Assembly (NCBI GenBank): GCA_001724265.1
Contig: MEDY01000441.1
Span: forward strand, 1-47,565
Direction of reading: 5' to 3'
DNA from: Rhizaria sp. SCN 62-66
Taxonomy: Eukaryota
Length of the DNA: 47,565 nucleotides
The position numbers were made by a program, and so were the translations under genes. The notes beneath the pieces were generated by a model. That model did not search any database. It worked only from the letters and a program-made list of their open reading frames with translations, and was not told the origin of the DNA. Positions 20,458-32,291 of this stretch are shown here, one piece after another. Position 1 is the first letter of the stretch. Each line of letters begins with the position of its first letter.

Positions 20458-23400
20458 GAAGGTGAGACACTCCCGGCTTCAGCAGGTGGCGCAGGCGAGG
20501 TTGAGCCGAGCAGAGAAAGCGGGTCGCTGCCGGCGTCGATGCCGATGCCGCTCGACCGGCGCATCTCTGCGCGCGGGACACTCTGCTGCGGCTGCTGCGG
20601 CTGTTCGGATAAGGACAAACTAGCTGATGCTGCAGCGGAGGCCGCGGTCGCAGTGGAAGACATGCCCCCGCGCGCGAGCCGCGACGCGATGCCGCCCTGC
20701 GTCGTCCCTGTGACAGCACCAGCGCCAGCAGCCGCCGTAGCCGCCGCCGCTGCGAGGTGCGCGCCCCCGAGCCCGCTGCCGCGGCGCGCGGCGGCGCCGG
20801 CGAGCAGGGCGTCTGCGCCGGCGGACTCCCAGTCCGGTTCGCCCCACAGCGCCGAGGTCGCGGCCGGACACAGCGGCACCGCGCTGCCGTGCGCGCTCAG
20901 CGAGCCGGGGCGCGCGGTCAGCACCGCGGCGGCCGCGCCGGTCGACGCGGAGCTGGAACCCGAGGTAGGGGGCGACAGGAGCGGCGCGAAGGCGGCCAAT
21001 GCGGACGCGGAGCCGGAGACTTGGCCGAAGCCGGAGACTTGGCCGGAGCCGGAGTGCGCTGCGGAGGCGGCGTTGGGGCGGCGCGGAAACGGCAGACCCG
21101 CGCCTCCGCCGCCTCTCACTCTGTCGGACGCACGGTCGCCGCATGCAGCGGTTGTGCCAACCACGGGAGAAGCTGAGTCGGCCAGCGCAGTGCGCGGCGA
21201 CGTCGAGGTGCGCGAGAGCAGGTAGTCGCGCGCGCGCACGAGCTTGCGTTGCCAGCGCGCGGCGTTGCTGTGCCGGCGCGCCGCCCGCCGCGCCGCGCGC
21301 CAGAGCTGGCGGCGCTCAGCCCACATGCGCTGCGCGCCCGACATGAGCAGGTCGTGCGCGGCGGCGAGCGCGGCGAGCTTGCCCGCGGGCGTGCGCTCCG
21401 CGGAGAGCGCGCGCAGAGCCTCAATGGCGGGCGTGAACGCAAGCATGTCGCGCGCGGAGAGACGCTTGCGGTGCACCGTGCGCGGGCGCAGCTGCTGCTG
21501 CTGTTGCTGCTGCTGCTGTTGCGACGATGGCGACGATGATAAGCCCGACGCCAACGCAGACGCAGACGCAGACGCAGAGGCTGCAGATGATGATGCTAAC
21601 GAGGACGCTGGCGCTGAATAAGGCGTCACGTCGGCGTTGGAGCCAGTGCGTGGAACCCAGGACGACAGCGTGCGCGCCCGACCGCCGTCCTGCTCCGGCT
21701 GCTTTCCATTCGTAGTCGCGGGCGACGTCTGTGCCGGAGTCGAAGCCTGCTCGAGCGCCTGCAGAGGGTCGATCAGCAAAGACGGGTCCAGCCCTTCTTC
21801 GTGCACAAGCGCAGCATCGACCGTGACCGACAGCGGCACACGACGCAGCACCGGCCGCCGCGACGTCGCAGCCTTAGCGCCGGCGCCAGCGCCGGCGCCG
21901 TGGCGCGGCGGCGTCGCGGGCGGCGCGTGCGGGCCCGTAAGCGCAAATGATGGCGCGCCCTCGTCCATCTCGTAGTCCGAGTCGTCCCAGTCACCGTTTG
22001 AACCGTATCGGCTCGCGGCTGCGTCCGAGTCGGACCCCGAGGAGATGTCGAATGCCTGCGTGCCGAACAACGCCGGCGTCGCGGCGTCGCCCAGTTGCGC
22101 GCACACGCGCTCGACTGCGGCGTCCTCCCCGGCGCGCGCGGCGACGTACAACGGCCAGATGGCATCGTGCGCGAGCCCGAATATGGCGTCGCCGATCGCG
22201 CTGGCGGCCGCGTCGGTGAGGTCGCGCCGTCGCAGCAGGCCCCACGCGCCCGCGACGGTGGCGACTGTGCGCGCCGTCATCGCCGACAGCTCGGCCTGCG
22301 CATCGCCCACCGCGGCCTTGATCGCGCGCTGTACGCGCCGCCGCGTCCGCCGCAGCGCGCGCGCGTTCAGCGTCAAGCCGGGCGCGGGCGCGGGCGCGCT
22401 GGCGAGCGCCGTCAACGCCGGGGACAGCGCGTAGCGCGACGAGAGCAGCGCTCCCGCAGCAGCGCAGGCCACCGCCAGTGGATGTACTGGCCCCGCGCCA
22501 GTCGGGATGGAGCCGGCACTGAAGCTCGAAAAGCTGCTGTGGCTGTGGTAGCCGCCAGCGGCCGAGATCGACGCCGTGGCGGCCGCCTTGGCTGCGGAGA
22601 CGTCGGACGCGTCGCGCAGCGCCACAGCGGCCGCGCGGGCGGCGGTCGCGGCCGCTGCCGCCGCGGCGGCGTCCTGCTCCGCCGCGCTTTCAGCCGCAAG
22701 CGCGGCGGCTTCTGCGGCAGCGGCCTCGGCCTCAGCGCGCGCGGCCGCCTCCGCGGCACGCGCGGCGGCGTCTGCGGCGTCCTGCGCGGCGACGAGCAGG
22801 GGCGCCACGCGCAGCGGCTCCAGCAGCGCGGAGAGATGCCGCTGCAGACATAGCACGGGCGTGGTCACCGTCGCGGCCACACTCGCGGCCACGGCGTTCG
22901 TGACCGCGCCGCCTCTGGCGCTGGCGGCGCCCGGCGGGAGCGGGAGCGCGCGCACTGCGCCCGCGGCGGCGGCGCGGTTGGCCGCGGCCTCTGCCCGCAG
23001 CGCGCGCGCGAGTGCGTCGCGAAAGCGCGCGTCCGCGAGCCGCAGCGGGGTGGAGACAGGCTGCGCGTGCGTGAGCTGCGAGCCGCGCGCAAACACGGGC
23101 GAACCGGCGGGGCCCTCGCACGCCTGCAGCGAGTAAAAGAGCGCCGCAGGGACCGTGGATGGCAGGTGCGCGGCCGCGACGGTCACGGCAGCGTTGGCGG
23201 CGGCGGCCACGGCGGCGCCCGCGGCCACGGCGGCGGCGTTGGTGACCGACGATGAGGACGACGAGGCCGACGGCAGCGCGATGGGCCCGCCGGCGCTGGC
23301 GGAGCTGGCGGCGCCCGAGAGGCCCGCGAACGGCAGCGCCTCGAGGAGAGACAGCGTGGGCGCCGGCATGGGCACAGACGCCAGCACCACAGACCCGCCG

Positions 23401-26400
23401 TAGTCGCCAGAGCTCGCGTTGCAGGCGCCCGCAGACTGCTGCTGCAGCGGAGTCGGGGGCGGGCCGCGGAGATTGAGCGTGAGTGCGTGTGGCTGCAGCG
23501 CATACACGGCAAGCGCAGAGGTCGACAGCGCGCACACGACGCCGGCGCCGCTGCCTTCACATAGCGCGCTCGAGTTGTACATCATGGTGTTCGTTGTGGC
23601 CGAGGGCCAGACCGACGTCGCCGTGGGGCAGCCCAGCCCCGCCGCCGCGGCCGCCGCGGCCGCCGAGATGGCCGAAGCCGAGGGCGCGCCGCGCGAGACG
23701 CGCAGCGGCACGGCGCCCCAGCGCACCGGCGGCGAGAGCGTCACGCCTGCCCACACTATGGAGCCGTTATTGAGCGGCGCGGGTGCAGAGGCCGACGAGG
23801 CCGGCAGCGGGGGCGTGTTGGCCGCGGAGAGCTTGCCGCCGGGCTGAGCCGCCCCGCGGCGGCCGCCGGGGCCCGCAGCCATGCCCACGCCCACGCCCAC
23901 GCCGGAGACGGGCGGGGATGGACCGCGGGAGAAGCGGCGCAGGAAAGCCAGCGGGGACGAGGCGAGGAACGACCCCACGACGCTGAGAGACTGTGGCGCA
24001 CCGTTGCCATTCTTGCCCTTGGTCTTGCAGTCGGGTTTGCCCTTGCTCTTATCGCTCGCCACTGCGGCGCCGTCCGCTGCCGTTGTCGCACCAGCAGCAG
24101 CGGTGGCGGCGGCAGAGGCGTCGGAGGCTCTGGCCGAGGTTGAGACAGCAGCGGACGCGGAGGCTGAGGCTGAGGGGGCGGCGGGCGCGAGCGAGTCCTT
24201 TGTGATCGCGGTGGTTCGAGTGAGGGCACCACCGCCGACGATCGACGGAGGCGCGCCGAGGCGGGGGATCGCCGCGGGCACGCGCACGGGGCCAGACACC
24301 GCGACCGGCAATGCGCGCGCACGAGAGCGCTTTAGATCATCGTCATCGTCGCCGTCGTCGTCGTCGTCATCGTCGTTGTCACCATTGCCAGCTGCGCTCT
24401 TGTCGTCGTCGTTGTTGTGGCTGTCGTTGTCGACCGACTCAAAGTCAAGCCGCGCGCGCGCCGCGTCGGTCGCCACATCCGGCTGCACGCTCGACTGCGG
24501 CGGCGACCACGGCTGCGGCGGCGGCGGCGGCGGCGGTCTACGCCAAGGCCCGGCGTTGGTGACGAGTCCTTCCGTCGTGAACAGCGGCTGCGGCGTCGAC
24601 ACCAGCCTCACCGCGCCGCCGACCGACACCAGCACAGTCTGCGGCGCCACGGTGCGCAGCAGCACCGGGATCAGGTGCCCACCCTTAGCGCGCGCGCCGG
24701 TGGCCAGAGACGCGCCGAGCCACCCGCGGCCGCTGCCGCCGTCGCCGTCGCCGTCGCCGTCCAAGTCGTCATCGTCGTCGTCGTCGCCGTCGCCGTCGCT
24801 GCCGCTGCCGCCGCCGCCTCTGCGCCTGCCGCTGCGCACGGTCACCAGCCGGCCGCAGCTGCCGCTGCCGCCGCCGCTGCCGCCGCCGGGCGCGTCGGGC
24901 GGGCGCGGCACGAGCGCCATGGCGTCTGCGGGCAGCGCGGGCGCGGCGCCGGGGGCCGTGAGAGCCGCCAGCGCCGCCGCGGCGGGGCCCGACGCGGGCG
25001 CGGCGCACTGCAGCGCGGCCGACGGGGCCAGCGTGTACGCGGGCAGCGGCGGCTGCGCGCCCGCGAGCAGCGGGGAGAGCGCGCCCGGGTGCCGCAGCGC
25101 GCCGCCGCTGAGCAGCAGCGGCGACCGGCCGGTCTCAGCTAGATTGGCGCTGTTGCCCGAGAAGCCGCCGCCTCTGCCTCTGTTGTTGCCGCCGCCGCTG
25201 GAACGGGGCGCGGCCTTAAGCGCGGCGGCCTCGGCGGCGGCCAGCAGCTCGAGTTGCAGCGCGACCGCGGCCGCCGCGCCCGCCCCGCCGCGCCGCCCGC
25301 GGGCCCCGCCGCCGCCGCCGGGAACGAGACCATCGTGCCGTTGCCCGCGGCGGCCGCGTTGGACCGCGCGACCGAGAGGTCGCCGCCCGCGGCGGCCGCG
25401 GCGGCGGCGGCGGCGTCGGGCGGGGCCGCGGCGCCCGGCACGGCGAGGACCGTGGTGACGGCTCCCGACGCGAGCGCTAGGAGGGCGACTTCGCGGCGGG
25501 AAGCGACAAGCAGGTGCGCGTCGTCGACCCAGCACAGCGACAGCGGGGACTCCTGGAGCAGCCAGTCGGAGCGCAGTCGCCAGACGATGATGCCTGTGCC
25601 CGCCGCAGTCGCGCCCGACGCCGCAGCCGCCGAGCACGCCGTGACGTTGTTCAAGCCGACACTGTTGATGCCGCCGGAGGAGCCGGACGGGGAGAGCAGC
25701 GAGGCGGACGCGGTAACGGGCTGCGGCGTCAGCAGTCTGGGGGCGATCGCGGGGTCGCTTTCGAGCGCTGCGAACACGCTTGCACTCATGCTTGGATTCA
25801 GACTCGCGCCGACGACGCCGCCTGGTGAGGCCACGGTGGCGGCGGCGGCGGCGAATGGGGGCGGTGAGAACGTAAACGCCTGCGCAGAGCTAGAGCTAGA
25901 GCTTGATGCAGTGGGCGAGAGAGCTACGAAGCCGTAGCCAGAGGCCACGGGCGACGTCAGCGCCGAGGGCGTCAGCTGCTGCTGCTGCTGCTGTGCAGTA
26001 GCGGGCGTCGCCAGGAAGATAAGCAGCCGCTTTTCGGCGGCGACTGCGAGCAGGAGCCCGAAGGGCGTGTCGCGCGCGGCCAGCGCTGTGGAGCGCAGAC
26101 ACGCGCCACGCTCAGGCGTGCACTCGGCGACTGCGACGGCCAGCGCGGCCGCACCTGAGCCAGAGCCAGAGCCAGCGCTAGGGCCCTGCGCCGATGCTGC
26201 TGCTGCACCTGCGACGGTGACAGACATAGCGCCGTTGCCGCTGCCGCCGCCAGCGGTCGCGGCGCCGGCGCCGGTGGGCGCGGGCGCGGGGATTGGTACT
26301 GGCACTGGCGCGAGACCGCCGCGCTGGAGGTAGCGGGAGCCCGGCGGCGGCGGCAGAGAGAGCGCGGGCACGTGTGACGAGATCGCCGTCGGCACCGACG

Positions 26401-28273
26401 CAGAGCCGACTAATGATGGCGATGAGAAGGATGATAATGACGAGTTTGACTGCGGCGACGAGACTGGGTTTGCGCCGCCACTGAGCGCGTACGCCAGCGA
26501 AGGCTGCGGCAGCAACGACGGTTGCAGCAGCAGCGCGGGCGGCGACAGCGCCACCGCGCCGCCGCTGCTGGCATCAGCGCTGTTTGTGCCGCATGTCGGG
26601 GTGCATGCGACCGCGGCGACGAAAGGCACGGCGGGAGCCTGGTAGGGCAGAGGGAACTGGTACTGGTACTGCGCATACGGCGCCTCGGCAGGCGCTGCGG
26701 CCGGCGGCTGCTGCGCTGCTCCGGAGTTGCCAGTACTGTTGGCGTTACTGAAGCCGTTGTTGTTGTTGTTGTTTGCGGTGAGCGAGGTAGTCCGGGAGGG
26801 CATTCCACGCGACTTGAGGCGCGAGTTCGCCGCCTTCTGCAGCCGCGGCGGACGCAACACGTCCAGCGCGCGCAGCGAGTGCATCGAATAGACAACGGTG
26901 ACCGAGTTCACCACGGCCAGCAGCCAGCCCTGCACGGGCGAGACCAGCAGAGACACGACAGCGGCGTGGCCGGCTGCGGCGGAGGCCTCAGCGGTCTTAT
27001 CCCTGCGAGACGCGTTGCTGCCCGCCGACGACGACGACGAGGACGAAGACGAGGAGGAGCTAGACGCCTGTGGTAGGGAGACCTTGAGCCCGTGTGCGCG
27101 GCGCACATCGCGGCAGGCCTCTAAGCGGGCGCGGAACGTCGCAGACGGGGCCGGGGCGGTCAGGATGGGCTCAGCGCCCGCAGACAGACCGGCGGCGTGG
27201 TTGCTGCCGTTCGCGCTGTACACGCCTGAGGCGGAGGCGGAGGAGGAGCCGGTGGGGAGGCGGCGCGGCGAGTGCGGCACGAGCGCTGTGTGTGTCGACG
27301 TCGCTGAGGCGGAGTCGAGGGGACCAGGCCCGAAGAGCGAGTGCGACGGGGAGCCGTTACTGCCGCTCGCGATGTTGTGAGCGTTGGTGGTATTGCTGTT
27401 GTTGTTGCTGTAGTTGTTGTAGTTGGAGAATAGCCGCCGCGATGGAGACGGGGCAAACGAGGCGGGCGCGCGCGACGAGGCGCCGACACCAGAGCCCGCT
27501 GCATTACTGTTCCCAGTCACCGTCGTGTTGTTGTTGTTCGATATGGCGATTGCTGTCGAGTTCGAGACTGTGCCGTTGGGGCGCGTCGGCGTCCGCGGCG
27601 GCGGCTGCTGCTGATGTTGCTGTTGTGCGAAATTGAAATCTGACTGCTGCTGCTGCTGCAGACCTGAGCCTGAAACTGAGCCTGAAGCAGAAGCGGAGGC
27701 AGCAGCGGAGGCGGAGACTGAGACTGCGGAGTTGCTGCTGTGCGAGGACGATGCCGACAGAGTACCACTCAGTGGTGGGGGCAATGCGGGGCCGTGCACC
27801 TGCCCTTGCGTCTGCGTCTGCGTCTGCGTCTGAGCAATGAACGCCGACTGCGACTGGAGAGAGAGAGAAGACTGCGCTGAGAGTGCGTGGGGGATTGTCG
27901 CAGGTGCGTGCAGCTGTGGCGCGTCAAGAGGCGGCGCGGCGGCAAGCTGCGGCGGCGGCGCGGGCGTGGGCAGCGTCACATGCGCAACGGAGTACTTGAG
28001 CAGCCGTCCGAAGGCGGTGCCGACAAACACGTGCGATTCCGTGGAGACGACTGCGGTGACGGGGCCAACCTCCGGCGGCACGTGCAGCAGCGGCAGGATG
28101 TCGAAGCCCAGCGGCGGCAGCTGCAGGCGCTCGGCCGCGCCGCGCGGCGTGGGCGGGACGGTGCCCGACACGCCCGCGCCGCCGTAGCTGCCGGCCAGCG
28201 CCGTCAGCGTGCGGCTGCTGCGGCCCAGAACGGAGCCGACTGAGGTGAAGGACGACGTCGCGAAGCTCGTCAT
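19257..28273 (-). CDS. Giant (about 3000 aa) protein with an N-terminal CNH/Vps39-like beta-propeller region and a C-terminal VPS9 (Rab5-GEF) domain; one frameshift near 25283-25286
   Basis: ORF 25139..28453 (ATG 28273) carries VTAVVSTESHVFVGTAFGRLLKYSV and PLSLCWVDDAHLLVASRREVALL. ORF 19257..25637 carries VPS9 motifs AIEALRALSAERTPAGKLAAL and AADDLLPIICYMV...GKMGYVVTSTAIALQYL. The coding-like Ala-rich frame switches between the two ORFs at a C4 run. TAA stop, though a terminal intron is possible. Confidence 0.72.
20379..20456 (-). repeat. Coding (CAG)n microsatellite, 26-Gln tract
   Basis: 23 uninterrupted CTG units on + (20388-20456) plus TTG CTG TTG. Confidence 0.9.
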
Positions 28274-28890
28274 GGCGCGCGCGCGCAAAGCGGGCGGCGA
28301 AGAAGAGCCGGAAAGGAAGTGGAAAAGCGGGCCAAGAGGTGGGCAGAAAGAAAGAAGAGCGATGAAGGTGGCGCAAGGGGGACTGGCGAAGCAGAAGAGA
28401 GCGAGGTGAAGGTTCGACAGGTGAGCAATAGGAGAAGCTAAAATCTGCACCACAAGAAGCCATTCAATGTTGATAGCTTATATTCGGGTATACTTCTTAG
28501 GTTATTATTTCCAAATATTCAAATGAACGTGTTAAACACGGACGTAAGGCCTCGTTCAGGGGTGCCGCGAAAACGTTCATGATGACGATTTGTTTTGGCG
28601 ACGACGATGCGGGCATCGACGTGATGCCAATCAAAAACCAGGGACAACTAAGGATTTTTAACGTCTTTATGCTTGATTTTAGTGCCATCATAAATAAAAT
28701 GGTGTCTTAAGTTCTATTTGTTAATTATAGCTTTTAAAATCCTTATTTTAACTCGATCAGCGCAGGCGGAAGCTCCAGTCAGCGTACCAGCCAGACAGCA
28801 GTGTCAGCAGCGAGTCGACAGCTCTCACCCAGACCCGTGCCTTGCACAGCCGCGCAACAACCACGCCCAGTTTTAGCCGCGTTGCCCGTC

Positions 28891-30588
28891 ATGTCCGCCC
28901 CGCAGCCGCAGCCCCCCGCGTGGGCCTCGTCGTACCTGCTTGATGGCACCGCGCCCTCCGCGGCCGAGTTCCCCCATCTGCAGCAGCGCTACCCATTCAT
29001 CGACTGTGCCGCGCCGGGCGTCGCCGAGATGCTCCGCGACGTGCCCACGGACGCTGACTGCGCGCGCCTTGACGTCTCCTTTGCGCGCAAAGACGCGCTC
29101 TCGCGTCTTCCCATCCATACGGGCTTCCGCGTCTACTCCACACTCGTCTACCGCGCCCGCCCCACTGCCAGCACTTCAACCGACTCCCCGGATATCAAGA
29201 CGTCTGTGTCCGCGAGTGCGGGTGAATGCACGGGTGACGCTGAGACATTTGAGTCGTTCGTACATGGGACAAACACTGAGGCCTCGTTCTTCGCTCAGTC
29301 CATTTGCGCTGAGCGCTCCGCCCTCATGTCCCTGCGCGCACGCGACGACTTTATCGCGCTCTCTGCCGTCTACGTCGTCTCGGATGCGCCAGTCCCGCTA
29401 AGCCCCGGGTTGCTGTGCAGGGAGTTTCTCTCAGAGTTTCTTTCTCCCTACGCCCCCATTGTCATCGCCAGCCGTCTGCCCTGTACTAATGACAGCAACA
29501 AATCGTCTACTGATGCGAAGTCTGACAACAGTATCGTTCCGTCAGTGACCTTTGACGCCACAACGGGCCTTTCCCTCGTTGTTCGCCCCTGTGGCGCGCG
29601 CTACCACGCCCGTGTGCTGCGTTTGCACTGGCTTTATCCGCATCCGTCGCCTTACCAGTCCCTCTGGCGCGATGCCGCCGCGCTTGCAGAAGCCAAGAAA
29701 GCGCTCGCGGCCGCGGCAGCGCGCGCTCTCGAGTCCCCCGCCGCGCTCTCCGCAGCGCTGCCTGCGTCCATCTCATCGCTTATTGCGCTTGCAAACGATA
29801 ACTCGAACTCTGACACTGGCACTGGCATTGGCGCTGGCACTGGCGCGACGGATACCACTGCGATGGCTCATGCACTCGCCACTGCCGTTGCGGCCGCGCC
29901 GCGTGCCGCCGCCCTCGCCCGCGCCGCCGCGGCCGCGCGGGACCCCGACGGCGGCATCGCGCGCGTGTCGCTGGGCGCCTGTGCAGTGCTGGCCGACGGG
30001 AGCTACGTGACAGCGAACCAGGTCAAGGTGCTTGAGATGGGCCACTCGCTGGACCCGGGGCTCGCCGTGTACGCTGCGGTCAACGCGCATCAACATAAAC
30101 ACAGCGGCAACAATAGCGGGGATGCTGTTGTCGTTGTTCCGAGTGCTGTTGTGGTTCCTGTCCTTGTTGTTATCAGCGACGCGGACGGCGTCCTGCACCC
30201 GCCTTCGTCTCCCGCCCGCGCACTATGGTCCGAGCAAGGCTGGGCCACGGTCCCGCTGCTGCTGCAGTCGCTACGGTGTCCCACGCAGCCCGCCGCGGCG
30301 CGCGCGCGGGCCGGGGAGCGCGCCGACGCAGGGGTCTACGCAGATATTACGTCGCCGGCACCGCTGCTGCTGAGCTCTTGCTCTAACAATCCGACTGCAG
30401 CGGCTGCGACCGATGGTGATGCTGTTGCTGTGTGGCTGCCGAGGCGGCGCGCGGCGGAGGCTGTGATGACGCTGACGCGTGCGGGTGCGCTCAACCCGTG
30501 CGTCGCAAACTTCCTTGAAGCCACCGATGATACCACCGGCAGCGACAGCAACAAGAACATGAGTTGCGAGACTTGTAGCTGCGAGTGA
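28891..30588 (+). CDS. Cytidine deaminase-like protein with two CDA-fold domains, 565 aa
   Basis: HTGFRV...GTNTEAS...ICAERSAL...VYVVSD...SPGLLCREFLSEF resembles CDA (CAERxA...PCxxCRQxLxEF). A second degenerate repeat reads SLGACAVLADGSYVTA...VVISDADG...PSSPARALWSE. ATG 28891, TGA stop. Confidence 0.75.
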   Translation: MSAPQPQPPAWASSYLLDGTAPSAAEFPHLQQRYPFIDCAAPGVAEMLRDVPTDADCARLDVSFARKDALSRLPIHTGFRVYSTLVYRARPTASTSTDSPDIKTSVSASAGECTGDAETFESFVHGTNTEASFFAQSICAERSALMSLRARDDFIALSAVYVVSDAPVPLSPGLLCREFLSEFLSPYAPIVIASRLPCTNDSNKSSTDAKSDNSIVPSVTFDATTGLSLVVRPCGARYHARVLRLHWLYPHPSPYQSLWRDAAALAEAKKALAAAAARALESPAALSAALPASISSLIALANDNSNSDTGTGIGAGTGATDTTAMAHALATAVAAAPRAAALARAAAAARDPDGGIARVSLGACAVLADGSYVTANQVKVLEMGHSLDPGLAVYAAVNAHQHKHSGNNSGDAVVVVPSAVVVPVLVVISDADGVLHPPSSPARALWSEQGWATVPLLLQSLRCPTQPAAARARAGERADAGVYADITSPAPLLLSSCSNNPTAAAATDGDAVAVWLPRRRAAEAVMTLTRAGALNPCVANFLEATDDTTGSDSNKNMSCETCSCE

Positions 30589-30797
30589 AAAGTGAATCGC
30601 ACAACAATAATTCTTACTATACTGAACATTTAAACAACAAAGCATAACAATAAAGCATAATTTCTTTGATAAACTTGTTTGTTTATTTCTGATCCTACTG
30701 AACAAATACGGTCAACTCACTCCACAACATCACAACAAACAAAGACTCTTAAGAGCTACTCTCTTCTTTGTTTAGGTTCTGCTGCAAATGAACGCGC

Positions 30798-32291
30798 TTA
30801 CTTGGCGCCGCCCATCATGGCGGCCATGAGGGGCTGGAGCTTGGCCATGATCTTGGGGTCCGACATGTACTTCATCGCCGCCATGGGCCCGCCCGTCTTG
30901 ATCTCGGCCATGATCTTGGCCATGTCGGGGTCGTTCTTGAGCGCGCTGATCGGGTCAGCGCCAGCAGCGGCGGCGCCGGAGGTGGAGACCTCCTCGACGT
31001 CGTCGTCGTCGCCGTCCTTGGCGACGGAGATGGCGGGAGCGGACTCAGACGCGTCGTTATCGTCGTTCTCATCGTCGTCGTCGTCGTCGTCCATCATCGC
31101 GCCCGCGCCGCCCATCGACTTCATCATGTTCTGCATCATGCCCTGCATCATAGGGTTGTTCAGCAGTGCACCAAGCCCGCCCGCGCCGCCCGCGCCGCCC
31201 GCGCCGCCGGCGCCGCCGGCGCCGCCCATCATGGACCCGAGCGAGGCCATCAGGTTGGGGTCGTTGAGCATCGCACCCAGCCCAGCCATCGGGTTACCGC
31301 CAGCGCCGCCCGCGCCGCCCGCGCCGCCCATGCCGGCCATCATCGCAGCCAGCGGGTTCGCAGCCGCAGCAGGGTTGGCAGACCGCGCACTGGTAGCGTT
31401 GGCAGGGGCGTTCTTGGCGGCGGCGGCGCGCTTGAGGGCCTGGATCTCGCCCTGAATGACGCGCAGCGTGTCGACCTGGATGTCCTTGATCGAGGCCGGG
31501 TTGGCGTTGCACGTAGCCACGACGCCCTCGTACGCGGCGAGCGCGCCCGCCGAGTCGCCCGCGGCCTGGAGCGCCTGCCCGAGACGGAACTGGCCCTTGA
31601 GGTAGTTGGGCGCGATCGCGAGTGCGCGGCGGCAGTCGGCGACGGCGCCCTCGGCGTTGCCGAGCTGGACGCGCGCCACGGAGCGGTTGACGAAGAAGAT
31701 GTGGTTGGTGTTGTCAGCGCCGATAGCGATGGTGTACTCCTCCTCGGCGCCAGTGAAGTCCTGCTTGCCGAGCAGCGCGTTGCCGCGAGTCTTGGCCTCC
31801 TCGGCAGAGCCCAGCACGGCGGCGGCGGGGGACGCGGACAGGTTGTACTTGTCCATGTACTTGATCACAAGCGCAGCGAGACGGGCCTTATACGCGCGGG
31901 AGGAAGCAGCGTGGGCACCGAAGTAGCCCTTGTCCTGCATCGAAGACAGCAGGCCCTGCCAGTGCTCCGCGGAGCCAGGCGCGCCCGCGGCGGCGGCGGA
32001 GGACGACGAGGACGAGGCGGGGGCGACAACCTCCTCGGCGGGGGTCGGCGATGGAGGCAGGGGCTTGCCCTCGAGGGCCGCCAGACCAGCGGCGAAGACG
32101 TGCGCCAGAGTGAGGCCCTTGGCGGCGAGCAGGTGCGCCTGCGCGGGCGCGGACTCAAGGTCGACGGCGAAGGCCTCGGACAGGCACTGGAGCGAGACGT
32201 ACGCCGCCTCGGGCACGGTGCCCTGGGTCGGCTTGGTCGTCTGCTTCTGCAGGTACTCGAGCATGGCCACACGCAAGGGCGTCTCAGCCAT
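30798..32291 (-). CDS. SGT2: Small glutamine-rich TPR co-chaperone (SGT2/SGTA-like), 497 aa
   Basis: N-terminal dimerisation-like motif YVSLQCLSEAFAVD, three TPRs (AEEAKTRGNALL...FFVNRSVA...YLKGQFRLGQAL) and Met/Gly-rich STI1-like motifs (LNDPNLM, LKNDPDM, YMSDPKIM). ATG 32291, TAA stop. Confidence 0.85.
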   Translation of the reverse strand: MAETPLRVAMLEYLQKQTTKPTQGTVPEAAYVSLQCLSEAFAVDLESAPAQAHLLAAKGLTLAHVFAAGLAALEGKPLPPSPTPAEEVVAPASSSSSSAAAAGAPGSAEHWQGLLSSMQDKGYFGAHAASSRAYKARLAALVIKYMDKYNLSASPAAAVLGSAEEAKTRGNALLGKQDFTGAEEEYTIAIGADNTNHIFFVNRSVARVQLGNAEGAVADCRRALAIAPNYLKGQFRLGQALQAAGDSAGALAAYEGVVATCNANPASIKDIQVDTLRVIQGEIQALKRAAAAKNAPANATSARSANPAAAANPLAAMMAGMGGAGGAGGAGGNPMAGLGAMLNDPNLMASLGSMMGGAGGAGGAGGAGGAGGLGALLNNPMMQGMMQNMMKSMGGAGAMMDDDDDDDENDDNDASESAPAISVAKDGDDDDVEEVSTSGAAAAGADPISALKNDPDMAKIMAEIKTGGPMAAMKYMSDPKIMAKLQPLMAAMMGGAK

